From the NCBI GenBank assembly GCA_028534125.1, contig CM052817.1, positions 78,928,001-78,992,000 of the forward strand: DNA of 64,000 bases, in the 5' to 3' direction. The notes beneath the pieces are model-generated. The model searched no databases. It was not told the origin of the DNA and was given only the letters and a program-made list of their open reading frames with translations. Numbering within the stretch: position 1 is the stretch's first letter; every line of letters starts with the position of its first letter. Below are positions 1 to 13,590 of the stretch, piece by piece. Source of the stretch: Lama glama (taxonomy: Eukaryota). A program made the position numbers and the translations under genes.

Positions 1-766
1 ATTTTTCACTGAAATTTCCCCAACTGTATGGTAAAGGGATTATCTTATCTAAAACATTTGGCAATGATATAGAGATGTTTGGGAGGAGTATTTGGCATCT
101 TACAGAAGATATTGATATATATGATATTTATACCTATTAACTGAATTTATTTCACCCAGAGTAAATAGTTACTGTAACCGATGCTCCCTAGGACAATCTA
201 TCAGACTGTAAAGAAGCATTTTTTTCTCACTAATCATGACCGAAGTAGATGAAAAGTACTTACGTAGTGTCTGGTTTATAGCAAGCTCTGTCTAAGAGAT
301 TTACAAAAAATGATTTTAGTTCACACTGACATCATTCCTTTGTAATAGAGAAGGGAGGACTTCAAACAATCCTATGTAAATCACAAGGTTCAGAGAGGCT
401 AAATGAATATGTTTGAAAAATAATGGACAGAACCAGATCTCCACCTTTATTCCATTTATTAGACTGTTCTGTCTCCACTGAGTGCATAAAAAATGATTTC
501 AATTTTAGAGTGCAAAGATGCAATTGTAACCTAACACTAATTAATTCACTAGATAAGTAGTTTTTGAAGTCTCACTATGAATCAAGCAAAGCTTAAGAAG
601 CTTGAGACATAAGGGTCAACAACTTAGGTCCCTGCTCTTGTAGAGCTTAACATTTTTTAGTGAAGAACAGAAATATCCAAGTATATTCATGCATTCAACA
701 GATTAATTTCAGCATTGAAAAGAGCTATGAAGAAACTAAAACATGGTGCTGTAAAAGAGAATGGCT

Positions 767-3700
767 GGCAAAGAACCAATGTCAGCAAATTGACAGAGGA
801 AGAAGACATGGACCTTCCTTTCTCCCACAAACACACCAATTTAGCAACAGTTCATGGGCAGATTTCCTTTGTGAGGAATTCAGGAGAAATCGTAAGATTC
901 CTGCATACTTGGCAAACATGAAACCAGACTGAAGTCAGTAGAGAAATTCAGGAAACCCTCTATCCAGAATTGTTGCCCCTAGTGCAATGCCATATGCTCA
1001 GGATGAGATCCTCTAGGTCCCAGCTTCTGCTAGAGGAGGAAAATCATTGGTTTATGCATCCAGCACTTCAATTTTACTGAGGGAGCTCCCCCTCAGGGCT
1101 GGATTCTCTCTCGCAGAAACCAAAACAGACAGTCAAGGAAAATAAAGAATCAGGCAAAGACGTTCCAGATGAACAAGATAAATCTCCAGAAACTGATCCT
1201 AATGAAGCAGAATTATATGATTTATCTGAAAGAGAATTCAGAATTGCTGTTTTAATTGCTAACCCAGGTCAAGAGAACAATACATGAACAAGTGAAAAAT
1301 TTCCACAATGAAGTAGGGAACATTAAATAGTACCAAGTAGAAATCATGGAGCTAAAGATTACAATAACCAAAGTGAAAAATTCACTAGAAATGTTCATCA
1401 TCAGACTATGTCAAGCAGAAGAAAGAATCCATGAACTCAGAGATTGGTAATTGGAAATCTTCAAAGGGACAAAAAAAAAAGAAAGAAAAACAATAAAGCA
1501 TAAGAGACTTATGTGACATCATCATGCATACCAATATAAACACTGTGGGATTCCCAGAAAGAGAGAAAAAATTAGACAGCTTATTCAAAGTAATAATGGC
1601 TGGAAACCCCCTAAATCTGGGGAAGGAAATAGATATCCAGACAAGAATCCCAAAAGACAGAAATAAGACACCAAAGAAACCCACACTGAGAGACATTATA
1701 ATCAAGTTGTCAAAAGCCAAACAAAGAGACAACTTTGAAAGCAGTAAGAGAAAAGAGACTTGTCACATATAAGGGAATCCCCTCCCCATAAAACCATCAC
1801 TGAATTTTTTAGCAGAAACTTTGCAGGCCCAGAAGAGAGTGGAATGATATATTCAAAGTGCTAAAAGAAAAAAGTGCTACCCAAGAATGCTATAACCAGC
1901 AAAACTATCCTTAAAAAATGAAAGAGATAAAGACTTTCCCAGACAAATAAAAGCTGAAGGGGTTCATCACTACTAGATCTATTTTATAAGAAATGTTAAA
2001 GAGAATTTTTTAATATGAAATGAAGAAACACTAAACACATATTATGGCATAAGAAAGTATGAAACTCATTGGTAAAGGTAAAATATATAGATAAATACAA
2101 AATACTATATTACTGTAATGGTAGTGGTAAATCACTTAACTCTAGTATATAAGTTATAAGACAAAAGTATTAAAAATAACTACAAAAATGTTAAAAGATT
2201 TACATATGAAAAGATGTAAATTGTGATAATAGTAAGGTGGGAGGGAGGAGTTAAAATATAGTTTTTTAATGTAATTAAACTTGTTATCAGCTTAAAATAG
2301 AATGTTATAACTGAAATATTTTGTGCAAGCCCCAAGATACCTGTGGCAGTTATACAAACCAAAAGAGAATCAAAGCATCATACATAAAAATCATCAATCA
2401 TAAAGGAAGACAGCAAAAGAGAAAAAGATAGGAAAAATGTTATGAAATTAACAAAAAAATTAACAAAATGGCAACAGTAAATCCTTTCTAGCAATAATTA
2501 CTTTAAATGTAAATGGATTAAAATCCTCAACCAAAAGGCAGAGAGTGGCTGATTGGATTTTTTTTAAAGACCCAGCTATATGTCATTAACAAGAAACTCA
2601 CTTTAGATTTAAGGACACATATAGGATGAAAGTGAAGTGATAGGAAAAAAGATATTCTAAGCAAATAGTAACAGAAAGACAGTAATTGTGGCTCTACTTA
2701 TGTCAGACAAAATGAGTCTGAACTTAAGCTCAGACTGTCAAAAATTGCCACAAGAAGCAAAGACATTCTATAATGATAACCGGGCCAATCCTAGGAAGCT
2801 GTAATGATTAAAATACATATGCAACCAACACCTGAGCATTTAAATATATAAAGCAAACACTGACAGAACTGAAGGGAGGAATAGACAGCATTAAGAGTAA
2901 GAGATTTCAATATCCCACTTTCAGTAATAGATAAAACATCCAGACAGAAGATCAACAAAGAAACAAGACCTGAACAACACTATAGACTACTCGACTCAAC
3001 AGACATACATGGAACATTACACCCAACAGTAGCAGAATATACATTCTTCTCAAGTGTATATAGATCTTTCAGTAGAATAGATAATAAGTTGGATCCAAAA
3101 CACATCTTAACAAATTTAAGAAGATTGAAATCATATCAAGTAACTCTATTGACTGCAGTGGATAAAACTAGAAATCAATAACTTTCCTTTCCAGAAGGAA
3201 AACTGGAAAATTCACAAATACGTGGAAATTAAATGACACTATTTTAAATAAACATGAAGTCAGAGAAGAAATCAACAAGAAAATTAGAAAATACCTCAAG
3301 ACAAACTAAAAGGAAAACCCAATATACCAAAATTTTTGTGACACAGCAAATTACATGCCAACAAACCAGATAACCAAAAGAAACCCAGACAAATTACTAG
3401 AAACATAACCTTCCTACACTAAATTATGAAGAAACAGAAAATCTAAACAGACCTATTACTAACATAGAGATTGGATCAGTAATCACCAAATTCCAAACAA
3501 GGAAAAACCAGAACCAGGTGATTTCACTGTTAATTTTGACCAAACATTTAAAGATGAATTAATACCAATCATTTTCAAGCTCTTCTTAAAAACTGAAGAG
3601 GACAGAACACTTCCAAAACCATTTTATGAGGCCCACATTATGCTGATAACAAAGTCAGACAAAGAAACCACCAGAGAAGAAAATACATCCCAATATCCTT

Positions 3701-4504
3701 GATGAACATAGATGTAAAAATCCTTAACAAAATACTAACAAATTGAGTCCAACAGTACATTAAAAGGATCATATACCAAGACCAGGTGGAATTATCCCTG
3801 GGATACAAGGATGGTTCAACACATGAAAATCAATTAATGTGATATATCATATTGACAGAATAAAGGACTAAAATCACACAATCATCTCAATAGATGGGGA
3901 AAAAAAGCATTTGACAAAGTTCAACATCCTTTAAAAACTCTCAGAAAACTAGAAATAGAAGGTAAGTACCTCAACAAAATAAAAGACATATATGAAAATC
4001 CGATAGGTAACATCATATCTAACAGGGAAAACTGAGAGCTTTTCCTCTAAGATTAGAAACAAGGCAACTATGCCTACTCTCACAACTTCTACTCAGCATA
4101 GTACTCAAAGTCCTAACCATAACAAGTAGGTTAGGAAAAGCAATAAAAAGCACCCAAATCAAAAAGAAAGAAGTAAAATTGTCTCTGCAGATGAAATCAT
4201 CTTGTATGTAGAAAACCCTAAAGACTACACACACACACACACACACACACAACCTCTTAGAATTAACAAATGAATTCAGTAAATTTGCAGGACACAAAAT
4301 CAATGTACAAAAACTGGTTACTTTTCTACATAATAGCAATAAAGGGCTATCTGAAAAAGAAATTTTAGTGAAGCAAGATGAGTAACCTCTAGAGATCTGC
4401 TACACAGCACTGTACCTACAGCCAAAATAATGTGTTATACATTTAAAACTTTGCTAAGAGGATAGATCTCATGTTAAGTATTCTTTTAACAATAAAAAAA
4501 TTTT
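767..4504 (+). mobile_element. Old L1 with 5'UTR, ORF1 and ORF2 remnants and L1MA/MB-type 3' end; large internal deletions
   Basis: ORF1 remnant (IDIQ..TPKKPTLRDIIIKLSK, 1524-1772). ORF2 EN start atggcaacag at 2468. RT-region motifs at 3500-4360. 3' end gagatctgctacacagc...ctcatgttaagtattct-A-rich at 4390-4500. Degenerate TSD gagaatggct/gagactggct. Confidence 0.9.
4227..4251. repeat. (AC)n microsatellite within L1
   Basis: Directly visible. Confidence 0.95.
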
Positions 4505-4942
4505 AAACTGAGACTGGCTAGAGAAAATAATTGTTAGATACACTTAAGAAGGTCACAGAAAGGCCTCTTTGCAGAGCTGTTTGACCTGTGTGAGATCTGA
4601 ATAAGAAAAGTCAGCCAAGCAAATGCCTGAGCACAGAGATTCAAGACAAAGACCCAAAGATTAAAAAACAACAACAACAACATGTTTAAAGATTAAAAAA
4701 AAACAAACAGAAAAAAAGATATTTTCACTTAATAGCAGCTAAATTATTCAGGAGCACTGTGCTCAAGGAGAGTGATAGGAGATAAAGTCAGAGTGATAAG
4801 TGGGAGCTGAATTGTGAGCACCTCCTGGATTATCTTCAAACTTTAGATCTTGTTCTAACAACAATGAAAAGCTATTAAAGTATTTTCACAGGAGGATCTG
4901 ATAATCTGCTTTGCACTTTAAAACATGACTCTGGCTGTTATA

Positions 4943-4993
4943 TGAGAGAGAGAGAAAGAGAGAGAGAGTGTGTGTGTTTGTGTGTGTGTGTGT
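4943..4993. repeat. Compound (GA)n(GT)n microsatellite
   Basis: Directly visible. Confidence 0.9.
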
Positions 4994-5104
4994 ATGGAAG
5001 AGGGTAGCTAGTAAGAACAAAGCAGAGGGAGCTGATAAGAGCTACTGCAGCAGACCATGTATTACTGTCATCAACAGGCTGAGTGCAGTATGTCAGAAGT
5101 AGTA

Positions 5105-5339
5105 CAGCTGACTCTTGAACAAAGTAGGGGTTAGGGGTGCCAACCCTCCATACAGTCAAAATTTGCATATAATTTATAATTAACCCTCCTTATACATGGT
5201 TCCTCTACATTCATGGTTCTGCAGCTGCTGATTCAATCAACAGCTGGTCATGTAGTTCTATAGTATTTACTACTGAAAAAATTTGTGTGTAAGTGGATCC
5301 ACACAGTTCAAACCAGTGTTGTTGTTCAAGAGTCAACTG
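5105..5339. mobile_element. Tigger2a-type MITE (TcMar-Tigger)
   Basis: TIRs cagctgactcttgaacaa / ttgttcaagagtcaactg; TA TSD at 5103-5104 and 5340-5341. Confidence 0.9.
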
Positions 5340-5394
5340 TAGTTATATTCAAGATATGTTTTTGAATTAGGACTCAGGATATGTAGACAGGTTA

Positions 5395-5902
5395 TGTGAT
5401 AAATTAGCTGCTACAAGTTTCTTCCATCCCAACCTACATGACCCTTTGTAAGGTGAATTTCTTCTCCTCACATCCAGAGATGGAATCTATCCACCTTCTT
5501 GAACCTAGGCTGCTTTGTGACTTGCTTTGACCAGTAAGGCGAGGAAGAAGTGTGCAAATCTTAAAGCTAGGCCTTAAGAGATACTGAAGCTTCAGGTTTT
5601 ACTCTCTTTAAATGTTCTCATGAGACCATTTTAGAAGAAAGCCTATTTAGTTTATTATTATATGAAGAGTCATGTGGAAGAGAGCCAAACACTCCGACAA
5701 CCAGCATCAACTGCCAGACATGTACTGAATAAAGTCTTAGTCCTCGCAGTCCAGCCAGCTTGTCAGTGAACCACGTAAGTGAGCAGAGATAAAACTAGCA
5801 GAACTTCCCAACTAACCCATAAAATTGTGAGGAATAATAAACTGCTGTTTTTTTAATGCCACTCTGGTGAAGTTTATTACATAGCAGTATGTAGCTGAAA
5901 CA
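5395..5902 (+). mobile_element. MaLR solo LTR (MLT1H/G-like)
   Basis: tgtg start; gtgacttgctttgacca and ctaggccttaagag motifs; aataaactgctgttttttt...gcca; ends tagctgaaaca. Confidence 0.75.
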
Positions 5903-6884
5903 TGGTATCTGGAGTGTGAAGATCATAGAGGAATTATGGATAGGTCCTACATTCTCAGCTTCAACGATTAGTTAAAAAATAATTTAACTGACTGAACTGG
6001 GGAATACTCAGGAAAGAAGGGTTTAGAGCTGGAAAATTACAAGTTCTGTTCTGGCTGTTTTGAATTTGGAAATGTCTGTTCGCCATGCATTTGGAGTTAA
6101 GTGGAGGAGTCAATAATTTTGAAAGCCATCAACATATAAATAGCATTAAAAGCCACAGGAATAAAAGACCCACTTAAGAGAAGAGTGTGGATGGTGAGGA
6201 ATAGAACTAGGACTCTGGGATGGTCTAACTTCTAAAGGTTGAGCTGAAAAGGAAGAACTGAAAAGAGTAACAAAAAAGACAGAGAAGAATCACCTAGTGA
6301 GGAAGGAGAAAATCCAGAAAGAAAATGGTTCCATAGAAGCAAAGAGAGTGTTTTAAGATGAGCATGATCAAACGCTGCGAGGAGGCAACTGAGTTCCTGC
6401 TGGACGTATCTACACGGCAGTGCTTAGAAACTACGAGCACCTTCAGTGGAATGGAGGCTGCCCTACAGACCACTCTTGTTGGAGACACTGCCTTGCAGGG
6501 GAACACAGAAATGCCTCCGGAGCTTGAGGAAGCCAGGGCGCCAATAAGTCAAGGAAGTCTGGTTTGTTTGTTTTGTTTATTGCCTTACTTTTAAACCCTC
6601 CTAACCTCAAGTAATGTCATAGAATCATAAAGCCAGAAAGTATCACGCATTCCCTCTCAATTTACATATTAGGAAACTAAAGAGACACAGAGAAGGCAAT
6701 TACTCTATCTGTAATCACACAATGAGCTATAAGCTGAACATTGACTACACAGAACACTTTTTTTTTAATTTGAATATGGACTAGATACTAGATGATATCA
6801 TGAAACTACTGTTAGTAATTTAAATGTACTAATTGTACAGTAGTTATCTAGGAGAAATTCTTATTTTTTTAAGAAAATGTATTA

Positions 6885-9800
6885 AGAAAATAACTTTATA
6901 CCCCCTTTACCCATTTCTCCCATCCTTCACCTTCTACCTCTGGCAACTACCAATCTGCTCTCTGCATCTGTGACTACCTTGTCTTTTGTTTTCTATTTCA
7001 CTTATAAGAGAGATCATACAGTATTTGTCTTTCTCTGACTTAACTTAGTGAAGTGCCCTCAAGATCTATCTATAATGTTGGAAATTGTAAGATTTCATTC
7101 ATTTTTATGGCTGAATAATATTCCATTGTGTCTGTGTGTATTTACTGACTGATGGTGGATACATAGGTTGCTTCCATATCTTGGCTATTGTAAATAATGC
7201 TGCAGTGAACATGGGGGTGTATTTATCTTTTTGAGTTAGTGTTTTCATTTCTTTAGATAAATTCCCCAAAGTGGAATTGCTGGTTCATAAGGTAGTTCTA
7301 TTTTTAATTTTTTAAGGAAACTCCATACTGCTTTCTATAGTGGCTACACCAAGTTGCACATTCCCACCAGTAGTGCACAAGGGTTCCCTTTTTCTCCATA
7401 TCCTTGCTATAACTTTTTACTTTTTGTATTTTTTATGATAGCCATTCTAACAAATGTGAGATAACATCTCATTGTGGTTTGGATTTGCATTTGCCTGATG
7501 ATTAATGATGTTGAGCACCTTTTCATATACCTGTTGGGCAGCTGTATGTCTTCTTTGCAAAAACGCCTTTTCAGATCTTCTGCCCGTTTTTAATCAGATT
7601 GTTGATATTTTTTTGCTAATGGGTTGTATGAGTTCTGTATGTAGTTTAGATACTAGTGCCTTATCAGATACATGACTTGCAAATACATGCGTACCTTGAA
7701 GAAATTGTAGGTGTGGTTAAAGGACACAGCAATAAAGCAAATATCAGAATGAAGAGTCACACAATTGTTGGTTACACAGTGCATATGAGAGTTATGTTTA
7801 CACTATAACCCATTAAGTATGCAATGGCACTGTCTTAAAGAACAATGCATGTAGCCTAATTTTAAAATACTTTTTGCTAAAAAATGCCAACCATAATCTG
7901 ATAAGGTTGCCACTAAGCTTCAATTTGTTTAAAAAAAAAAAAAAACCAGTATCTTCAATGCACAATAAAGCACAGCACAATAGCACAATAAAATGAAATG
8001 TGTCTGATTTTCTTCCATTCAGTAGGTTGCCTTTTCATTTTTTGGATTATTTCCTCTGTTGTGCAGAAATTTTTTAGTGTGATACAGTCCAACTTACCTA
8101 TTTTTACTTCTGTTGCTTTTTCTTTAATGTTAGATGCAAAAAATAATCACCAATACCTACATCAAGAAGCTTACTATGTTTTTTTCCTGGGATTTTTATG
8201 GTTTCATGTCTTATATTCACATCTTTAATCCATTTTTAGTTAATTATTGTGTGTGATGTAAGAATGTGGTCAAGTTTTATTCTTTTACATGTGGTTCTCT
8301 AGTTTCCCCACCACCACTTACTAAAGAAACTTTCCTTTCCTCATTGCATATTCTTGACTCTTTTATCATTAACTGATTAACCATATATGCATGTGTTTGT
8401 TTCTGGGCTCTTTATTCTGTTCTGTTGATCTGTGTGTCTGTTTTTATGCCAATTTCATACTGTTTTAATTACTCTAGCTTTGTAATATAAAGTCAGGGAG
8501 TGGTGTGCCTCCAGCTTTGTTCTTTCTTGAGATTGCTTTGGCTGTATGGGATTTTTTGAAAGTCCATACAAATTTAGGATTCTGTTTCTTTGAAAAAAGC
8601 CACTGGAATTTTGATAAGGATTATACTAAATCTATAGATTGACTTGAGTAGTATAGACATTTTAACAATAATGTCTTTTTTCAATCCATGATCACAGAAT
8701 ATTTTTCAATTTATTCACGTCTTCTTTGATTTATTTCATTAACGTCTTATATTTTTCAATATATAGGTCTTTCATCTTCTTGGTTAAATGTAGTCCCATG
8801 TGTTTTATTCTTTTTTGATGCAATTGTAAATGGGACTGTTTTCTTAATTTCTCTTTCTGTATCCATTTAGTAAATTCATGTATTAGTTCTAAATGTTTTT
8901 TGATGAAGTATTTAGAGTTTTATGTATATATATATATACACACTATCATCATATTATTGAAAATAGTGACAATTTTACTTCTTCTTTCAATATAGATGAA
9001 TTTTTTTTCTTGTCTAATTGCTCTGGCTATGACTTCTGATACTATGTTTAATACAAGTAGTGAGAGTTGGTATCCTTGTCTTGTTCCTTATCTTAGAAGA
9101 CTTTCAGCTTTTCACCACTGAGTATATTTTTAGCTGTAGGCTTGTCATATATGGCCTTTATTAGTTGAGGTATAGTCTCTCTATACCCACATTGTTGAGA
9201 GTCTATCATAAAATGAGTATTAAATTATATCAGAAGCTTTTTTTTGCATCTATTGAGATGATCATATGATTTTTATCCTTAATTTTGTTTCAGTGGTGTA
9301 TCACAGTGACTGAATGGTGGATGTTGAACCATCCTTACATCCCTGGAATAAATCCTATTTGATTATGGTTTATGATTCTTTTAATGTATTGTTGAATTCA
9401 GTTTGCTAATACTCTGTTGAGGATTTTTGCATCTATGTTCATCAGAGATATTGGCCTGTAATTTTCTTTTCTTATGGTGTCATGACTGGTTTTGGTATCA
9501 GAGAAATGCTGGTTTTGTAAAATGAGTTTGGAAGAGTTCCCTCATCTTCAAAAAAAAAAAAAGAAGAGTTTGAGATGGATTGGTATTAATTCTTCTTTGA
9601 ATGTTTGGCAGAATTCCCAGTGAAGCCATCTGGTCCTGAACTTCTGTTTGTTAGGAAGGTTTTGATTACTGATTTACTCTCCTTACCTGTAATTGGGCTG
9701 TTCAGATTTTCTGTTTTATCGTAGGTTGTATGTTTCTAGAAATGTATCCATTTCTTCTAGGTTGGCAAATTTGTTGGAATATAATTGTTCATAGTAGTCT

Positions 9801-10010
9801 CTTGATTCTTTGCTTTCTGTAGTATCAGGTGTAACATCTCCACTCTCATTTTTATTTTACAAGAATTCTCACTCTTTTTTTTTTTGGTAAGTCTAGCTAA
9901 TGGCTTGTCAATTTTATTATCTTTTCAAAGAAATAGCTTCTAATTTCATTGATCTTCTCTATTGTCTTTTTAGTCTTTTATTTCTGCTCTAATTTTTGTT
10001 ATTTCCTGAC
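6885..10010 (-). mobile_element. 5'-truncated L1 (3' half of ORF2 plus 3'UTR), interrupted by a Tigger1 MITE
   Basis: Antisense L1 motifs (ggttgcttccatatcttggctattgtaaataatgctgc; gaaccatccttacatccctggaataaatcc; gtgaagccatctggtcctg). Confidence 0.9.
7686..8006 (-). mobile_element. Tigger1 deletion derivative (Tigger1a-like) inserted in L1
   Basis: Both degenerate Tigger1 ends (catgcgtaccttgaagaaattg...; gcacaataaaatgaaatgtgtctg), inserted at the TA of L1 tgcaaaTA|ttttcttcc. Confidence 0.85.
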
Positions 10011-10237
10011 TAGATTTATAATTTTCTGATTAGATTTTATGACTAACAATTGTTCATTAAAGAATGATTGATTCTGCAATGGAATCTTTCCTGAGAAATA
10101 TCAATTTCAGTTAATTATCTACAGTCAATAGATTATACACTTAAAGAAGCACAATGCTACCCAGTCACCACCTAACAGAGTCCTGCAAATGCGTCTTTAA
10201 TCCTGCCTATGGTGTATGCCCCTTTCCACTAAAAGTA

Positions 10238-10451
10238 CAGTTGACCCTTGAACAACACAGGGGTTGGGATGCCAATACCCCATGCAATCAAAAATCTGAG
10301 AATAACTTTACAGTTGGTCCTCCATGTCAGTTCTACATCTTCAATTCAACCAACTGCCAATTTTGTAGTACTATACTATGTATTTATTTTTTAAACTCTG
10401 TATATAAGTAGACCCACACATTTCAAATCTGTGTTGTTCAAGGGTCAATTG
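10238..10451. mobile_element. Tigger2a-type MITE
   Basis: TIRs cagttgacccttgaacaacac / gtgttgttcaagggtcaattg with TA TSDs; collinear with the 5105-5339 copy. Confidence 0.9.
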
Positions 10452-11494
10452 TATTTTACCTATCAAAACCCTGTTAGAAGAAATAGCTAGCTCTCTCTGG
10501 GTAGACAATTTCTAAAGAGACTTGGAATCCAAAATACCAATTAGACACTTCTACTTTCCTTCTAAATCTCTGATTGTTGTTAATCTCTGGTGGGAGGATA
10601 ATGTAAGAATTTTAAACTCTTGTCTGCAAACAAACCCTAAACATATTTAGTCAAAGTAAAAGATTTGTTGTAAAAGAACAATGTTTCATTCTCTTCTTTA
10701 TCCATAACCTCGACAAAACAATGTGCTACGTATCACTGTAAGACATACATAACCTAAATATCCAAATAAATGAGATAATAAATACTCTTATAGCACCCTG
10801 TGCTGACAATGTCTTCAGAAAATGCCTCCACCTTTGGTAATATGTGGTAATATGTGGGGCTGTCATTTGAAAGAGCCCTGGAAGTAGCCCTGATATGCCT
10901 CTGGGGTTTCTGTACTCCAGGGTACTTTGTTTTCATTCCATCACATCTCCACAACAGCTAGGTCAAACACAGCCAATATCTTTCAGAGATAAATGACTAG
11001 GAATGTTCAGATATGCCTGACACAAAGAGTAGACAAGTCAAAATCTTCCAAGTGTTCATTACAAACCTGGGGTACAAGGCTATAATAAAGGAGCCAACCT
11101 CTAATCTTGTCACAATTCATTAATTCAGAAAGCATCTACTAAGAATCTGCTCTGTAATAGATGCTGAGGTATAACAAGTTTGTAAAGCAGGAAACCATCA
11201 GAATAAGCCCTCACAGATTCTGTGCTGTCTGTCCCCAGGGAACACTCCTCCAGTGCTTGCACCTAGGGTCCTGTGTGTTCTCACTTCCAATGCTGATGTT
11301 CACCACAACACATAGCTTCTGTTCAGCACACCCTCAGCCACCTAAACATTTGTCTCCATACAGGCTATTTTTTAAAGTAAACTTTTAATTTTAGATATGC
11401 AACCTTTTACTTTTTCATTTTATCTCATCTACCGTAGAACAAAGAAAATCTTACTCAGGTTATTTTAAATGTCAGTTCTTTTTTTCAGGAGTCA

Positions 11495-11725
11495 ACATGG
11501 TGTAGAAAGACCATGGACTTCAGAGACTAATAACAAACTGGAGTGTGTAATGCCAGCTCTTCCTTTCTGACTGACTTAAAGCAAGTAACTTAACGTCTCA
11601 GAGCCTCAATGTCCTCTTCTAATTAATAGAGTAATAATATCTGTCTCATGGGATTTGTGTGATTAAATTAAATAATACATGTAAAGAATCCTGCACATCA
11701 CAAGTGTTCAATTAAGATTAGTTTC
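11495..11725 (+). mobile_element. MIR SINE
   Basis: catggtgtagaaaga...gcaagtaacttaacgtctcagagcctcaatgtcctc...taataatatctgtctcatgggatttgtg core. Confidence 0.75.
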
Positions 11726-12340
11726 ATTCTAATCTGTTTTCAGACGCGGCATTCTCACAGTTTTGCCAGGTAAACACCAGCTACAGCAATTATTATATAG
11801 CTTAACTTAGCTACCTTAGAAATAACTTCCAAAGCTTTCTTTTTGTATGCTGGGAGAGTTGCTTCCTTTTATATTTTCTCAGTGGATCTCTTGGTAGTTG
11901 TGGACTAGAGAGAGTTCTTGAGTATACTGGGTTTGCCCTGCAGCCCTTTTTGTTTTCTCCCCTAGAGAAACTCAGACAAAGACTGGGATGGTAATTTTGA
12001 AATCTTTGATCATCTACCATGTGCCAGAAGTCACTAATGTGTGTGGCCCATGTCTTTGCCCCTTGGTTTGTGCCTCAAAGTAGGGAGGAGAGTGAAGTAC
12101 TTTGATAAAAGCCTTTCAAATGTACGTTAAAGTTTCTGATCTTTATATAAATCCCTGTGTAGGAGAGTACCCAGATCAAAGCCTCATCAATAAAGACAGT
12201 TTTATTTTTAGTATCCCAGATGAAGCAGGCAGTCCAGAAAGAGGTGGCATTAGTTCCACTGAGGGCTGTCATAAGTTCAATTTAAGGCTCTTGTTTTGAG
12301 GAGGGGACATGGTGCAGTTGCAATCACAAGAGCATTTAGC

Positions 12341-12396
12341 TATACATATACTTCAATAAAAAAGAAAAAAAGACAATAAAATATACATAGTGAAAA
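12341..12396 (+). mobile_element. Ultra-short L1 3'-end insertion with 13-bp TSD
   Basis: TSD aagagcatttagc at 12328-12340 and 12397-12409 flanking tatacttcaataaaaaa, the L1 terminus also seen at 51106-51120. Confidence 0.8.
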
Positions 12397-13169
12397 AAGA
12401 GCATTTAGCAACAGATTAAATGCCCTGACCAAGGAGCACCGATTGGTAAGGCTATTTCTTGATTCAAGAAGTCATTTATTTGTTGACCTTACCCTTCAGA
12501 TGATATAGTGTGGAAGAAAGAGTAGCAGAAATCCCTTCTCCTTGCTTATTTTTATTTTTAATGGTGATAACACATTTGCTTTAACGTGTGAAATATAAGA
12601 TCTTGTCATGCAGGTCATGACAAGAGTTAAAATGCAGAAGTAGATAAATATATCGTGTGTCCCCTGCTCACAGAATGTGGTTTGTTTCATCAAGCACTTA
12701 CTGTGACTCAGGATTGTACAATCAAGAAAGGGCCTGGAGATGGTGATGGAGCCATCAAAGTGGAGATAGGATACCCAATTCTGAAGGAGACATGGTAAGA
12801 CAGGCCAGGAGAGGAGTGTGCACTCAGTCCCAAAGTTGGAAAGGCTCTTCCATGGAGTAATTACGGTTTTCAGTCTTTCCAACTAGGAAGAGGAGATTCT
12901 CCATTTGCTCCCTTCTCCTTAATGGACCCACAGAAGGGAGATTAAAGTGGCCTTTGCTAAGCTCTGGCTCTTGTGACAAAACCCTGTGTCTTCCTTCTAG
13001 GTTTCCCTCTTTTTGTCTGTATTTATCTTTTTCTTTTTTACATGATGCTTCTATATGATACAAAACAAACTGAAATCATACACAATTACTAATTCATCAT
13101 TCTGAACAATTTTCCAGTAGAGAATTCTTTCAAAATCAAAAAGTAGTCCCACACTCCTAGGAAAAGACT

Positions 13170-13590
13170 GGTTGTTCTATAGCCATGTTAATAACCAGCT
13201 AAGCTAGTTCACCTGTCTAATCAATTAACAACTTGCTTCAGTGAACATGCCCCTGAAAGCCAACCAACCAGTGACACCCTTGCACTTTGAAAACCAACCA
13301 GTCAGCAGCCAACTTACTCTAGGAAACATGCTTCTAGGTGAGTTCAACATACTGTCAACACAATACAATCTCTTATGGAAGCAACACAACCGTGTCTGTT
13401 GGGCTGAGATGAACCCACTCCTACCCCTGAAACCAATACATACTAAACAAACTCTTCCCCAAACCCTATATAAAACCAGTAATTTGCTTTGCTTAATGAA
13501 CTTTTCCTGTTTGTCTAGTTCTTCTTTAAGTAAGCACGAAATTCAGTTTTGGTTTTCATTTCAAGTTTTGAGTAGTGGCCTCACCTGCTA
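13170..13590 (+). mobile_element. Probable ancient solo LTR, family unresolved
   Basis: Repeated aaccaa(c/t)ca boxes, ccctatataaaa TATA, then a pyrimidine-rich U5-like tail; I cannot assign a family. Confidence 0.4.

Larger units (their letters stand above)
540..6580 (-). mobile_element. Fragmented L2 (LINE-2) relic hosting later insertions (pieces ~540-766, 4510-5100, 5342-5394, 5903-6580)
   Basis: Typical antisense L2 3'-region phrases (gtccctgctcttgtagagcttaacatt; gaaggtcacagaaaggcctc; aagttctgttctggctg...gaaatgtctg) that resume collinearly after each insertion. Confidence 0.7.

Noticed and set aside
11744..11769. 26-nt micro-exon candidate (ttttcAG...cag|GTAAAC)
   Set aside because: Weak donor, adjacent to a MIR end, and no supporting partner exons.
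11811..12299. ORFs with a VFIDE motif suggestive of a DDE transposase or a coding exon
   Set aside because: Short, interrupted by stops, with no other catalytic motifs or TIRs; possibly a very old repeat but not supportable.
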